Notes under the pieces: generated by a model
The model's database searches: none
Seen by the model: only the letters and a program-made list of their open reading frames with translations
What the model was told of the DNA's origin: nothing
Translations under genes and position numbers: made by a program
Shown: in pieces, positions 48,868 to 61,923 of the stretch
Layout of the letters: each line of letters begins with the position of its first letter
Position numbering within the stretch: position 1 is the stretch's first letter
Assembly: GCA_017499595.2 (NCBI GenBank)
Contig: CM039000.1
Span: 2,852,001 to 2,916,000 of the forward strand
Source of the DNA: Psilocybe cubensis
Lineage: Eukaryota
Direction: 5' to 3'
Length of the DNA: 64,000 nucleotides

Positions 48868-49981
48868 TTACTTAGCCTTACGGCCCTTCCCTTTTTTCTT
48901 TGGAGATGAAGACGATGCTTTGGCCTTATCTTTATCTCCGAACAACTTATCCTGCAATCTGGCAAATTCGGCATCATCAATCTCCTGGGGAGGGGGAACA
49001 TTGGAACGAGATTTCTTCTTGGGGGAGTCATCGTCTTCAGCCACATCATGAGAACGTTTCTTGCCTTTAGATCGGGATGCCTTGGGCGCCGGTTCTGAAT
49101 ATTTTGCGGCAAGACTGTCGAAGAATCCATCCATGTTTTTCTGTTTCTTCTTAAGAATTAGCGCTTGCAGTGTTGAGTGGTCTTCGTGAGCCTCCTCGTC
49201 ACCATCTTTTTCCTTGGCCTTGTTCTTCGCCTTCTTGCGTTCAGTAGCCTTGCCGCTTCCATAAAATTCATCCCAGACCCCTAGTTCTTTGGCCAATGCC
49301 TCAGCCTCTTTGGCCTCCTTCTCTGACTCTTTCTTTCGCACCATCTTGGCCTTTTCATCTTTAGAGGTTGAGCGCCAAGTGGCAGTGGACTTGAGTTCGC
49401 CTTTCTTAATCAACTCAGTAATGGCGACTATAAAGCGTTCTTCATCCTCATGAGTCGAGTGCGGAATATAAGTCATGAGTTCTCCCAAAGAGCCCTCCGT
49501 CGTCTCGTATGCAGCCTTTAAGTCTTCCATTTCTTCAGCGGAGCCTGTCGCGACATGTCAGAGACCGTATATTTCGAGGAGGAAGCTTCAGACAATTACC
49601 TTGATATTCTTTTTTCATTTCATCTAACTTTCCCCGAGTGACACGGTCAAACAATTCTTCAAAGTATGCCTCCCATCCATCGTCACCTGCTCCTAGCTCG
49701 AAACCTTCATCTGTCCTGCCACTAGAGTCGTACCGTGCCTTCCTCTTATTGTCGCTCAAAACAGCATAGGCAAACCCTATTTGCTGGAACCTTTTGGACG
49801 CGTTTTCTTTGGCTTCCTCTGTAGCAGACGCGTGTTTGTCTGGGTGATAAACGAGGGCAAGGCGACGGTAAGCCTTTTTGATTGCCTCAATTGTGGCGTC
49901 CTTCTCGAGCGAGAGTACTGCATATAGGTCCACTTCTTCTTCGCCAGGGAAAAATTGGTTAATAGGGTCGTTGTCGTCCAT
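48868..49981 (-). CDS. J-domain protein, DNAJC9-like
   Basis: N-terminal J domain with HPD (DLYAVL...YHPDK...LSD..RKARYD), followed by YQGS.EE..DLKAAY, LQALI and FFDSLAAKY. One intron at ~49545-49599. Confidence 0.85.
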
Positions 49982-50046
49982 GATAGTCGGGGTATGAGTT
50001 TGAGATTGACTTGTGAGTCTGGATGGGAGACAATCTTGTTGACAAA

Positions 50047-50071
50047 GTCACGTGATATATACGCGACGCGT
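50047..50071. promoter_or_regulatory. E-box (GTCACGTGAT) plus tandem MCB-like elements (ACGCGACGCGT) upstream of the DNAJC9-like gene
   Basis: Direct sequence matches 66-90 bp upstream of ATG 49981. Confidence 0.45.
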
Positions 50072-50244
50072 TTATATTGCAATGACAATTGGCGGCCCGT
50101 TGTCGCGACTCATAACTCGGTGCCAATTCCTCTCTAGAGTCTTTTATCGTTGTGGTTCAGCGCTGTCATTATTTATTTTTCAATGTATATCCGCGTAAAG
50201 GTTCTTAGATCACTTAATCGTTACAAATCAATGAAATAAGCGTG

Positions 50245-50908
50245 TTACCATACACTGCTAACCAATTTTTCGATTGCCCTGGTGCCCTCAGAGTCATTGA
50301 GACCTCCAACCCACATAGCAAACCACATTAAAGAAAACGTAACACCATAAGATGCTCCTGCTATAACCTGAGGCCATGTATGATGCCCCAGCCAGACCCG
50401 GGACATCACAATCGTTGCTGCCCAGGGAAGGCAGACAAGGGGCGGGAAAACACGGAATGCATGCTCAGGATGAAGTGATGGGTGAATAGGGAGATACATG
50501 CATGCCAGGAGTATGTATGTCGCAAAGAAGCTGATTGTAGCAGAATGGGTGCTAGGCATGCTAAAAGGGTCAAGTGCCAGTGAGTCCCTGTCCTCTGCTT
50601 TTCAAACTTTGCTTGGATCTGCTTACCCATATGTTACTTTCATTTTTCGGCCAGGATTATGTGCTGGACGAGGCTGGCGGATAAGCCTTTTGACCACTTT
50701 TACAGATAGGCTGCAACAAACGGCCCCTGCAGTAAAGTATATTACCCCTGTCGATCTAGAATACAGGATGAAGCATGCAGTTAAGGATGTGACAGTAAAA
50801 TTAGTCTACAAAGAGATTTTACATCGTCATGATATGTTTGCCTGCAATTTTGGAAACGCTTACTTGGTCTAGAAAGGATAAACATAGGTCCGAGAGTCGT
50901 TTACCCAT
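50245..50908 (-). CDS. PAP2-family lipid phosphate phosphatase (dolichyldiphosphatase-like)
   Basis: All three PAP2 motifs are present: KRLIRQPRP, GMPSTHS and SRVWLGHHTWPQV. Two introns; ATG at 50908. Confidence 0.85.
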
Positions 50909-51106
50909 TGGTAAAAGGGATATGCTATCAACCAGATGCTCAAGTAGGATGAGTGCAGAATGTGATGACGTGTGTCAAGGTCAGCGTGAACTCTGAGTAA
51001 CGAGGATCAACTACCGCTTGCCGCTTGCTCGCTGCTTGATAAGTCATAAAATGGCGTTGAAAATATCTAGATTTATGCTACACTATATTAATTCAGGCCG
51101 CGTTCA

Positions 51107-53511
51107 TTACATCGAATCCCAAACTCTCTGAAGGAAGGTTCTGGGGCCTTTTGCTTGCTCAGCTGTGACAAATTTGGCTTCCTCCTCGTCAATAGCGCGA
51201 ATGCCTGACACAAGGTCCACATCCCTTGACGGAATGACTCTAGTCCGGTATACTAGCTTATATCCTAACCACAGAATAAGGAAAACAGGAATGCCTATAT
51301 AGCTCCTATACAATATGATCAGTATTTTGAAAAGATGGTGTAAAGACTTTAAACTTACGTGACAAAATTTGCTGAGTTCAACTTTGGAATTAATGTATCG
51401 AAACCTTTGAATAACGTGATGATAGCGGTAGAGCCCAGGGCGAACCAACTCCCCCAAGGTTGGAATGGGGCTTTGTAAGGTAACTCGTCCCTTGACATCC
51501 CACGGGCAGCTAATGCTTTCATAAAACGACTGATGACAGACAAGAATCGTTAGTCGCTGTTGCAAAGTGATATAAAAAAGAATCGCACATGTGTGCGTAA
51601 CAAATTGACATCCAAGTCAAAGCACCGAAAGTAGACACCAAGTTGACGAACCATCCAAAAACTATGCAGTCAAAATCCGTTTTGTTAGCGAGAGCTTAAG
51701 CAAAAAAGATTGATCCTTACCTTTGCCACTAGATGACTTGACGTTAAGAAATACCAAACCACAAAAGGCAGTGCACAGGATCAATGAAGGCAATGGAACA
51801 CCCCCTTTGGTGACCTTTTTGAAAATTGCAGGGGCTTTTCCCTCTACAGCCAGACCATACAAGGTGCGTGATCCAATGTACAAGTCAGAATTAGCGGCAC
51901 TCATGACGAAGATGAGAATAGCAGAATTAATGACATGATTGAGCACTTTGATACCAACCTAACGTGGTTTGTTTTGGAGAGGTTAGTGTACGATCACCAT
52001 TCATATGTACAACAGACATACAAGGGTAGTTGCGACGACGAATGGACTGGCAGCGGCTCCAGTTGTTGATTTGGTGGCTACAAAAAGTGAGTCGTTTGTC
52101 CTTGGAACAATTAGGCCGATCACGAAAACGCCTCCAATGTAGAAGATCAGAATTCTCCAGAATGTCCTTCTAATGGCAATCGGGATATTTTTGCGCGGAT
52201 TTTGGGCCTATGCAAAGGCGTGAGTTCGTAGCCGAAACCTATTAGTTGCGCTCCCTACCTCTCCAACTGTTACCTAAGATCGAAATAGTAATTGATGAGT
52301 GGTTGTCGGTATCGAAAGCCAACGAAGAACTTACACCGATCAGCTCAGTTCCAATGTAAGCAAACAATGCATTGGTAAGGGTGGCCCAAAACCCTAGGAA
52401 AATTGCGAGGGATTCTTTGTGGACATATTTTAGAAGGTATGAGCCCATTGGCCCATCTGGTGCCCTCCAATATCTGAATCCAATACGGTCATGTTGTGGA
52501 TTACCACCTAGGTGCATTAAATGAATGACATGTTCATTACTAGCAAGAAATTGTACCTGCGTACCAAGGTCAATAATGATGCCCATAAGCAAGAGTCCGA
52601 TCAAGGAAACGACTGGTGAAGAGAATAGTTAGAATGGTACAGGATAGCATGGAAAATACACACCTTTCAAACTAGAAAACCAAAATTCTAATTCTCCAAA
52701 GACACGCACTCCCAATAGGTTGACGAGAAAAACTTATCAAATGTCAAAATTATGTTTTCTACACCAAGGTGGGTTCACTTACTAAACCCAATGAAAATCA
52801 CTATTCATACCAGCGTCAGGGAGCATCACGTTTTGTCTGAAAAAAGACTAACCCATCCAAATTGCGATGTGTACAGACCGTGTCCAATATTGAACAACTA
52901 AACCAGCAGCGTTGATGTTATTTGGAGTAACAATGAGCTGTTGTGATGCACCGTCAATAATCGCTTGTTATACCAACAGCCCGTCCTATTTTTAACTCAC
53001 ATATTTGAGAAGGTAATTATACCCCACAGCAAAGCCGAGCGCTGGGTCCACAAAACGTGTAGCATATCCTGCAAAACCCTTCTTGTGGGGCAAGAAGGCT
53101 GCCATTTCACCAAGAGCGACCATGACCAAGTAACAAACGAATCCGACGAACGAATAACCCAATAAAATACCTACAATTTCCCAATTTTGCCCACATCAGC
53201 CTTCAACATTGGAATGTTAAAAGATTCAACCCATACCTAAAGGGCCACCGCGTTGAAGCGCCGTTCCAGAACCAATAATCAAGCCAGTTCCAACTGCTCC
53301 ACCGAGCTGTTCGTGACGTTGAATAAAAATACATGGAACGGTAGAGACTAAATTTTGAACTTACAGCAATCATGGAAATTTGACGCGCCTTCAGACCTCT
53401 ATGAAGACTCTCATGTTCCACAGGGTCTACAAATGCGGCATCTTCGTAAGAGGTTTGATCGAGAGATGGTGCGTCGTTTTCCTCGTCAATCTTCTTCTCG
53501 TTGAACGCCAT
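51107..53511 (-). CDS. YAT/APC-family amino-acid permease (DIP5-like)
   Basis: LHRGLKARQISMIALGGAVGTG, GEFEFWFS, IGFRYW, GTELIGVTVGEAQNPRK, SRTLYGLA and LPYKAPFQP; many TM segments. Confidence 0.93.
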
Positions 53512-54729
53512 CTCAAACCGGCAATACCTGAAGACGGTGGTCAAAGTGGGAGATTAGGCGAGGAGCTATACGCATGGACAAAAGAAGCCCGTATTTAACA
53601 ACAGAAGCACGGATCTATTTTACAGCATTATCTGGACTCTCATCTTCCGTTGACATTGGATCACACCTCGGGACGCAGCGATAAAGGCAGAATACATACA
53701 GTATTCGTATGCATCAAGGAACCAAGAACACCTAAAGGGTCTATTGATCAGACGAATGCCCCACATGGAGTCGGTAGTACGAGATTGTAAACCATGCAAC
53801 CCTACCAACACAGCACCGAAGAAGCTTCTCGGGAGTCTCGTTATGCAGTTCCATATGGTGCCAAGCTACAAATTGGCGTTACACAGCACCCCGTCACAGA
53901 TACTAGGCATATTGACATACGGATTGACAGTCTGAGGAAATGATTTGCCGATAGGTGACATGGCAGACACATATAGGAGGCGGCGATAGCGTCTGTGGAA
54001 CTAGCTCACGCTGAACGCGAAATAATTTGGTGGCCATCGTTATTGTTTAAAAGGGGATTTACAGCGAAATCGGTCTTTTAACATACACAAACCGGAACAA
54101 ACAATTGTTGGCCTTCTCGGACTCAGCGCCCATTTCCCAGTCGTTTTCAAACTTGAGAGAAAAGTCAACGAATTTATGCATTACATATGTCTACGAAGAA
54201 ATTGATCCAAGTCTAATTTTCTCTCAGCCAACAGAAATGGCTATACTCAACATCGCTTTATTCATTCAAGTGACTTGATATGTATCTCAGGCTGCTCCGA
54301 GTCGGCGAGAAGTTGGTTGAAAGTTGGTGATGAATGCTGTAATGAGATTCCGGGCATTCCGAACATTTCAAGGGTGTCGCAAATCATCTATCACCAAAGA
54401 CTTGATTTCAAAGCCGTATTTTTCTCTAACGGTTCGCAGGTACAGAGAGAAAGTAGTAAGTAGTACATGGTATATATAAGTCAAAGCATAATTAAATTTT
54501 CTATGTACTGTCAATGCTATGTTATTAAACCTGAAGATCACCTCGGCCAAACATTCCATGTGCGACTTGCTACGAATAACAAAGTCCGAGATCATCACCA
54601 ACGAAGTAATGCAAGATCGTGAACGAAGAGATGTTTGCTGTATACAAAGACCGAGTAGGATTGAGGTCCCCGATAGATCGTCCATTATTGCCAAATTGCC
54701 AACGAATCCGGTGCGTCTATTTTATTTAT

Positions 54730-57485
54730 TTAGACGGAGGGTTGTTTCCGCGTCCAGCTGTCGATAAGTAGATTTACGGCCTTAAGTAGCTTTTCCTCTC
54801 CGTCTACACCTTCAGGATAGTCGCTAATTTCCTGTTTAATGTCTTGAATGACGGGTAGGACGGTGTCTCGAACGTGATCTAATGATGGTCCCGCGGTATG
54901 TCTTTGGAGTTGGAGGAAGAATGTACAAGTGTTCACGCGAACTTCGTACGGAAAGTTGACAGGGTTTTCAATATTTCGTAACACGTAGACAAGCATGTCA
55001 AGTGCGTGTCGAGGAACAGGCAAACCACCGTCACGCGATGAGCCCTCTGGGGAAGGAACGGCCCCATTAATTGGGGATAACGTGTCTTCGACAGATATGG
55101 ACGGAGGTGCTGGCAGGGTGTTTTTGACAGGCACCGTCAAAGCGTTTAGCACCAGTGGACCTGTATACAACATGTTTGAGTCTGAAATAATAGGTTGAAA
55201 ATGCTGCAATCTTACCGCCCAATCTATGTGTGCAAAGTAGGCTAACGGCAACAATTCCTTCGTTTACCAATATAGGGTATTTGTTGCTGCGGCCAATGAG
55301 GGCGGTCAGGGTATTAGCACACTCTTGTGTGAGCACATTGGCTACACATTGTTCCCTCTTCTTCTGCTTCTCGTCCGCAGGGTCGGAGGATCGTTCAGCG
55401 AACCACAACGATTTGACAACATTGACAAGAACACGAGATCCTTCACTTCTGATTGATACAGAATCCGAGCGTTTGATCAAAGCTAGGATTTGAGAAAGGC
55501 CACTGGGACGGGTTGGGTCAGATGGCAGAACAAGTGCGATTGTATGCTCAACTAGATATAAATATCAGTCAGTCGATTACACTAACAGAGAAATAAATAC
55601 GCACTGCTTGCATTGCACATATGTTTAGCTACTCCGATGGCGTTAAGTTGAATTACGTCGGCCATCGCATCACTTTTTTCATCCCATATTCCACTGGCAG
55701 AAATACGGTCAATAATTCCAACTTCTGCCAATGAGATCGGAATAACAGAAGACAATTTAGAAAACTGAGATAGATGTTTGAGCAGTCCAAGGATCCCATG
55801 CTTCAGCTTAATATCCGTTGAAGTAGAGAAGAAATGGCTGGAAGCTAGAACTGGAGCCAATGAATATGGTTTAGATAATAGCGCCGTGGCATATGGAGCT
55901 AAAGAGAAAGTTGGTAAACTGCAATTTATATGGGATTATGGTGCTTTACCTTTTCTAATAAGATTCCCCAGGGAAAGGCTAGCACAGATAGCCATATCAT
56001 CCCTGCCACTTCCAGCAATACTTGAGGTATCTTTGATCTCTTGAGCTTCTACGTAGCGCTTTATCCATTGCACCAAACGAGCGACGAAGGGGCCTCCTGA
56101 TTGTTCGATAGTATCGTTTGTCCATAAAATTTCCTCGTTCTTTTCTTCTGCAAACACTTCAACAATGGCTTTGATGAGGGCAGCTTTGCAGATATCAAAT
56201 GCCTTTTCCTTGTTTTTCCTTTCAACATCCTCGAACATAGGGTTGGCCCACAATGGTGAATAAGTGCCGTATTCGATGAAGTCGAGAATTACGGTAAGGC
56301 AGGGGATCGCCTTACTGGAGGTGGGGTAGCACATTGCACGGGCAAGCTCCAGTCGGAAATCTTCTACATCAAGAGAGAGTGATTCGATTATGGTGCAAGA
56401 CTCTTCCATAAAATCAAAGTCAGTTTGTACAAGGCTGTCGAATAGGTTTTGATTCTCCTCAGTGGGGTCATTTAGGAGCGATGGTTCTGAAACGTATGGT
56501 GGACAAAATTTGAGTAGCGGAGAGGTGATCCATGGTAAGATATCAGAGTTGGTAATTTGTAACGCTGCAGATGAACAAATGATATCGGCGTTTGAATATC
56601 TTATTGTGATGGATTGAAAACTCACTTTCGTCTTGAACATCTTTGAGAGCTGAGACGGTTCTCCATGCCCAATTGGATATACCACTCCTCAAGGTCCACT
56701 CTTCCAAGTATTCCTCATTTATAGGGTCTTTGTGGGGCAAAGTCCATGAAGTAGGGGGGTATATTGTAGACGACAACTTTATAATTGTCATTGCAGCTTC
56801 TAGAGATATCAAGCGAAACTTGACAGCATCTATGCTGCATAAGCACAAAAAAGGGTATAAGTGATGTATCAAGAATCTGCTTACCGTATCCAATGCTCGC
56901 GTTTAGAAGTACTCCGATGGAGGTTCGCACGATCTTTAGATGGGGGATAGATAGAGGTAACGGCGTCGAATATGGAGGTGTAGGAATGGTCTCTGCATAA
57001 CCTTCCAGCAGCGACATGACAGATTGGGGAAATCCGACTTCCAGCAATGCTGCGCGATTTTCATCTGGACTATATTCAACAAGGAAATCATGAATGAAAA
57101 TGCCACCCTGACTAACCGTGGTCCATACAAAGATTAGCGCCCACACGTAATAACTCCAGGATCGGAGCAGTCCTAGAATCTCCTGGAAGATGCGAGTCGC
57201 GCAATCCCAGGGAAAGAAGTGAAGTAAGTGTTTGTGGTAATTCCGTCTTTCCAAGAATAGTGTGCTTGTCCACTAAGCGCTGTATAAGAAACACCTCTAT
57301 GCGCGATTGACGACAAGGAATGGCTTACCCAACGGATCTCGCGACCTTAGGTTGTTGGCTAGCTCTTGGGAAATCGAGGCCACCTTGTTCCAAGACTCAT
57401 CTTCGTCCTTAATACGGATGGAGGCCGTTAACTGGTGCAATTGGCGCTCAAGTGGGATAAGATCGATTAGTCCCTCAGAGGTCAT
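54730..57485 (-). CDS. ARM-repeat protein, SmgGDS/RAP1GDS1/Bem4-like
   Basis: ELLRVGANLCMDHDENR, SIGVLLNAS, CASLSLGNL, HGILGLLKHL and RSEGSRVLVN in a spliced minus-strand gene starting MTSEG at 57485. Confidence 0.75.
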
Positions 57486-57755
57486 GGATTCCAAGTGGTG
57501 GGTTTATTGCAAATAGAGGGAAGGGAGGTGTGGAAGGGTGAGAGCAAAGAGAAGTTTACTCGGACGATAGATGATGTTGTACTTAAGTGACAAGGATGAT
57601 GTTCTTTTCAAGTGAATTCGACTCGATATGTGGCGGTGAAAGCCGAAGTTAGAACTCTCGGATAAGATAAGATTGCAGCTAAATAGCTTTACGGAAGCCT
57701 TGGCGGAGATCTAGAAGACCCTGTGCTGCTCCCTCCAACTCCACAATTCGTAGTC

Positions 57756-58756
57756 ATGGGTGGTTCAAAGAAGAACAGAAAGAAACCAATATCTCCTCTA
57801 CCACCTACTGAAATCATGAATGAAGATGACTCTGAACTTATGGATGATCTGCTCGCTCAACTTGATTCCAGGGATCAAGTCGTTCAAGCAGAGTCCGCAA
57901 GTGTTCTCAACGAAATGAACTTGAATGCTCAAGCCGACTCTATCGAAGCGAGCTCCAGACAAGACGCAAAAAGTCGCTTCAAAGCTCGACAAGTAAGCCA
58001 CCATGGGCAGTCCCAGGCTGTAAATGTATTAATGGTTTACCATGTAGGCCAGAAAAGCAGCAGCTCTTGCCCAGTCGTATTCTCCAGACGACCCAGCAGT
58101 ACAAGCTCGCCTTGAAAAGGAAGCCAGAGATGAGGAAGACTCTATACGGCGAGTGTGCGATCAGCTGTCATTGGAAATACACGAGGTAAGCCATGTAGCT
58201 GAAACTACAACTACAGCACTCCTTTGACTTTCGAACAGATCAATCCAGACGGACACTGCCTTTTCTCTGCAGTGGCCGACCAACTGGCTTTACTTGGGTT
58301 AATTTCGCCAGCTGAAGCCACTTATACCAATCTCAGAGTTGCTGCTGCCAATTACATTCACTCCCATCCCGACGATTTCCTTCCTTTTTTGCCATCTACC
58401 GGCGGTGAAGATGGCGCTGGCGCTCTGGATGCTGGAATGATGAACCGAGAAGAATTTGACTCTTACTGCACATCAATCAGAGACACTGCCATTTGGGGTG
58501 GCGAGCCTGAGATTGTCGCCCTTAGTCGTGCTTTTAACATCCCTATAAATGTTGTCCAGGGAGGACATCCACCTATCGTCGTACATAGTCCGGCTGGGGA
58601 CCAAAAATCTGGTACAGCAACGCCAGCCTCCGTTATGATTAGTTATCATCGGAAACTCTATGGCCTTGGAGAGGTAAGCATATTTTTCCCATTCGGACTT
58701 GTACTCATAATCATGGTAATTAGCATTATAATTCTTTGAGGAAGAAGGTTGCATGA
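57756..58756 (+). CDS. OTU2: OTU-domain deubiquitinase (Otu2/OTUD6-like)
   Basis: INPDGHCLFSAVADQL (catalytic Cys), WGGEPEIVALS and YGLGE|HYNSL (catalytic His). Three introns. Confidence 0.9.
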
Positions 58757-59022
58757 ACATTTATTCGGCTTTCTCCATACAATGTACCTCGTCATCTAGT
58801 CGAAAATATCCATATCAGCTTTGGATGTGTACAAGAACACATTTTACGCTCCAGAATGTTCAAATATGTATTTTAGCAGTGGCCCTTCCATAACAGATGG
58901 CACTTAGTAACAAACACCCACTTCCTCTTTTATTTGAGTAAAGCGGTCGATGGTCTTTACACTGGAATATTTCCCCCATTTCCAAAGAACAATCGATAAA
59001 ATCCAAAACGAAGATACAATCA

Positions 59023-61695
59023 TTAAAATAATAGGTCGTCGTCGTCATGTCTCCCTCCTCGACTATTTGCACCCATCGGCTTCGGTTCATCAGCTATGTA
59101 ATTACCAAATGCCCCATCAAGATTTGAGTACGGATCTCGTGAATCCTTCCCTGCGGTAGCAACAGCCTCATCTTCTTGATCTGAACCCAGATCTTCGCCA
59201 TCCTCATCGTCTAACAGAGATGTTTGCGCGGGCTGTGGAGTTTCTTCGGCCCCAGCCTCACCTTCAGGTTGATCTGTAGCAAGCAGGTCGACTGGCGTTG
59301 AATGGGATTCGATTGGTCCTGGGCCAGGCACTCGCACTATTGAAGGAGGTAATTGAGCGGCAGCTAGTGGAATAAGGACTGCCCTCGAGTGAGCGTTAAG
59401 CGCCGGACTGTCTGTAAGAGCTTTGCCCGTAGCATTTCGGATAAATGTCTGAAGCCGAATGAATAAGCAATCATGTAATAAGTGTAACAACTAACCTCAG
59501 GATTTTTGTGGTAAATGCTACCCAATGTTCCAGTGTGGAGCAAGAGTTGATCCAATGCACCTCTGTCCATTCGATCTGAATCGGTGGTGATAGGAGGCTT
59601 TTCAGCCAACACAATTTCTCCAGCAACAGCAGGGTTTATAGCTAGCATGCGCCAATACATAAACCCTCTATCACGCAAATCTGGATTATCAACTTCCTCC
59701 GTTGCCCATTTCAACACTTTAGCAACAAGTTCTTTAGCCTTTTCTGAAGTAGATTTATAGATGAAGCCTTTGACAGTAGCTGTAAGCAGGGCAAGTTGAA
59801 CCTAAAAACAATGTGTTAACAATTAATTGTAAAATGTCAACGAAACTTTCACCTCTACGCTCTCCTCAAGGAATGTATATAATAGATCGTCGAGGAGATC
59901 TTCAGCGTTATCAATTCTATTGGCAAATTGACCAATAATCCAGATCATTGCGGCCTTGGATTCTGGTTCATCTAATGAATCGAGGTTTTCGCATAGCGTA
60001 GGAATAATTCCCTCATATTTCCCTGGATACCGCCTGAAAACGTCCTTTATCACAATAACAGCCTCTTGAACCACATATGTGACTTTATTTTCAATGAGAT
60101 TCAACAATGTTTTGATGCAGTTATCTGCTGCAGCCTCAACCTTGATGGCCAGGCGTCCAATAGAACGGACAGCTTTCCGAACGAAGTCGATATCAACCTC
60201 AGAAGCATACCTATGGATAATGATATTGTCAGTACTGTATGAAAAGATGCTAAAGGATTTCTGACTCCTGTAATTCCGCTAATACTTCATTGGCGTTTTC
60301 GGCACGAGCTAATCGGTACATGATTTCCAGTTTCGCCAGTTTGACGTAGATAGGATCGTTGTATTTGCAGAAGAAGACTCTAACATCGTTTTTCAAGACT
60401 GCTGGTCTCCGCTGGATGATGAGGAGAATGTTCCGAAGGGCAACATACTGAACCTCAGGCCCAGAAGACAGTAATGTTACTGAAAAGAAATTTGTTCGGT
60501 GCTTACAGCAGTAGCTTAAAAATTAACTTACCTAGAGGTGGGCCCATCTTTTTGCAACAATAATCCATCAAGCGGCGATTTTCCATGTAGTTCATCAAGT
60601 ACAGGATGACTTTAATAGTAGTCAAAACTACTGCTGAATTGGCATGCTGAAGTTGGATAATAATCCGCTCTGCCATATTCTCCGCATCTGCATGCCTAGA
60701 AGGAACATAGCGCAAAAGTGAATCCAAGATATAGATTTGACCCCATCTATTCGACATCAGATTAAAGCAGAAAAAGTATATGATAAAAACGCCTACTCTG
60801 AGCTTTCTCCAAGGGCTGCAAGAAGCTTATTCGCTGTAGCCAAATTTAATTTGAAGATGACGCCGTCTTGCCGGTCCCCAATTTCCGAAAGAGCAGCTAC
60901 TGCATTAGCTACTACCGTAGCATTGGTATCCAGCATGAGATCTCGCAACATTTCTACAAACCCCCCCTTTTCCGCTCGTCGAGGATCTGCACTGTATAGT
61001 TTGGCCACGCAAATTGCTGCTGTTTTCCGTACATATGCGTCGCGATCCTTAAGACAGTGTCGTAGGTTGTCGCTTAAAGCATCGGTGACGACGGGGATGG
61101 GTATATACGACATGGTTCGGATAGCAAGTGCGCGGATGAGTGGATTTCTGTCCGCACAGTCCTATAAAGACGATTTCCATGATGAATTGCGGTTGCATAC
61201 TACATAGATCAAGGGTAAAAACGAGAAACTTGCCTGAAGAAAGTTCGGAATGACCATGTGTATCTGGTCAGGTTTTGACCTCCCATAGCTTACGAGGAAA
61301 AGGTAGACCACTAAGTCAAAGATCAAAGAAGTGATCTGAGTAAAGTAATAATGACTCACTCTTCTTGATTTCAAGCAATGGGGTTCCTAGGCATTGGACG
61401 ACATCCGTAAATAAAGGGGACACTTGAGATGTTCATGACTGAGTCCATATCCCTCGAGCGAAGTCAATGCTACCAACTGTCATTGCCCATGGTAATATTC
61501 GCAACAATTTTCTTCAAAACAGTCTTTCTCTTGACGAACTTTTTGTCCTTGGTTTCCGCTGCTTGGAGGTCTGCGCGAAATTCCTAGCAAGGAGTTTCAA
61601 ACGTATTAGCGATGTCACCTTTCCTTCTATGAAGCCTAGCGAACCTCTATTTTTCCCCTTTGAAAGAATTTCGCATCTTGTCCTGGTTGGGCCAT
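59023..61695 (-). CDS. APL1: Beta-adaptin, most like the AP-2 beta subunit; no C-terminal ear domain
   Basis: [15 protein letters not shown]...[51 protein letters not shown] and [15 protein letters not shown]. The protein ends in an acidic tail DDDDLLF. Confidence 0.88.
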
Positions 61696-61923
61696 TGCAG
61701 CAGGGGACTGAACACGATCAGAGGAGGCTAGCAATGAGAGGGATCAAGCTGTAAAGATAGTGGGACGTAATGACAACACCAGTGTAGTAATTACCAATTA
61801 AGGTTACCAAATCAGAGCGCGCTGTTCAACGTGTTTGGCTTCATTTGATGGCCGTTGATTCTCAGACTTGAACAGTGTCGGACTCTCTGTTGAAAATTCA
61901 CTATAGCCCTTTCTTTCTGATAA

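Noticed and set aside
54230-54770. Short ORFs between the permease promoter and the ARM gene stop
   Set aside because: No consistent spliced model or motif; probably UTR or intergenic sequence.
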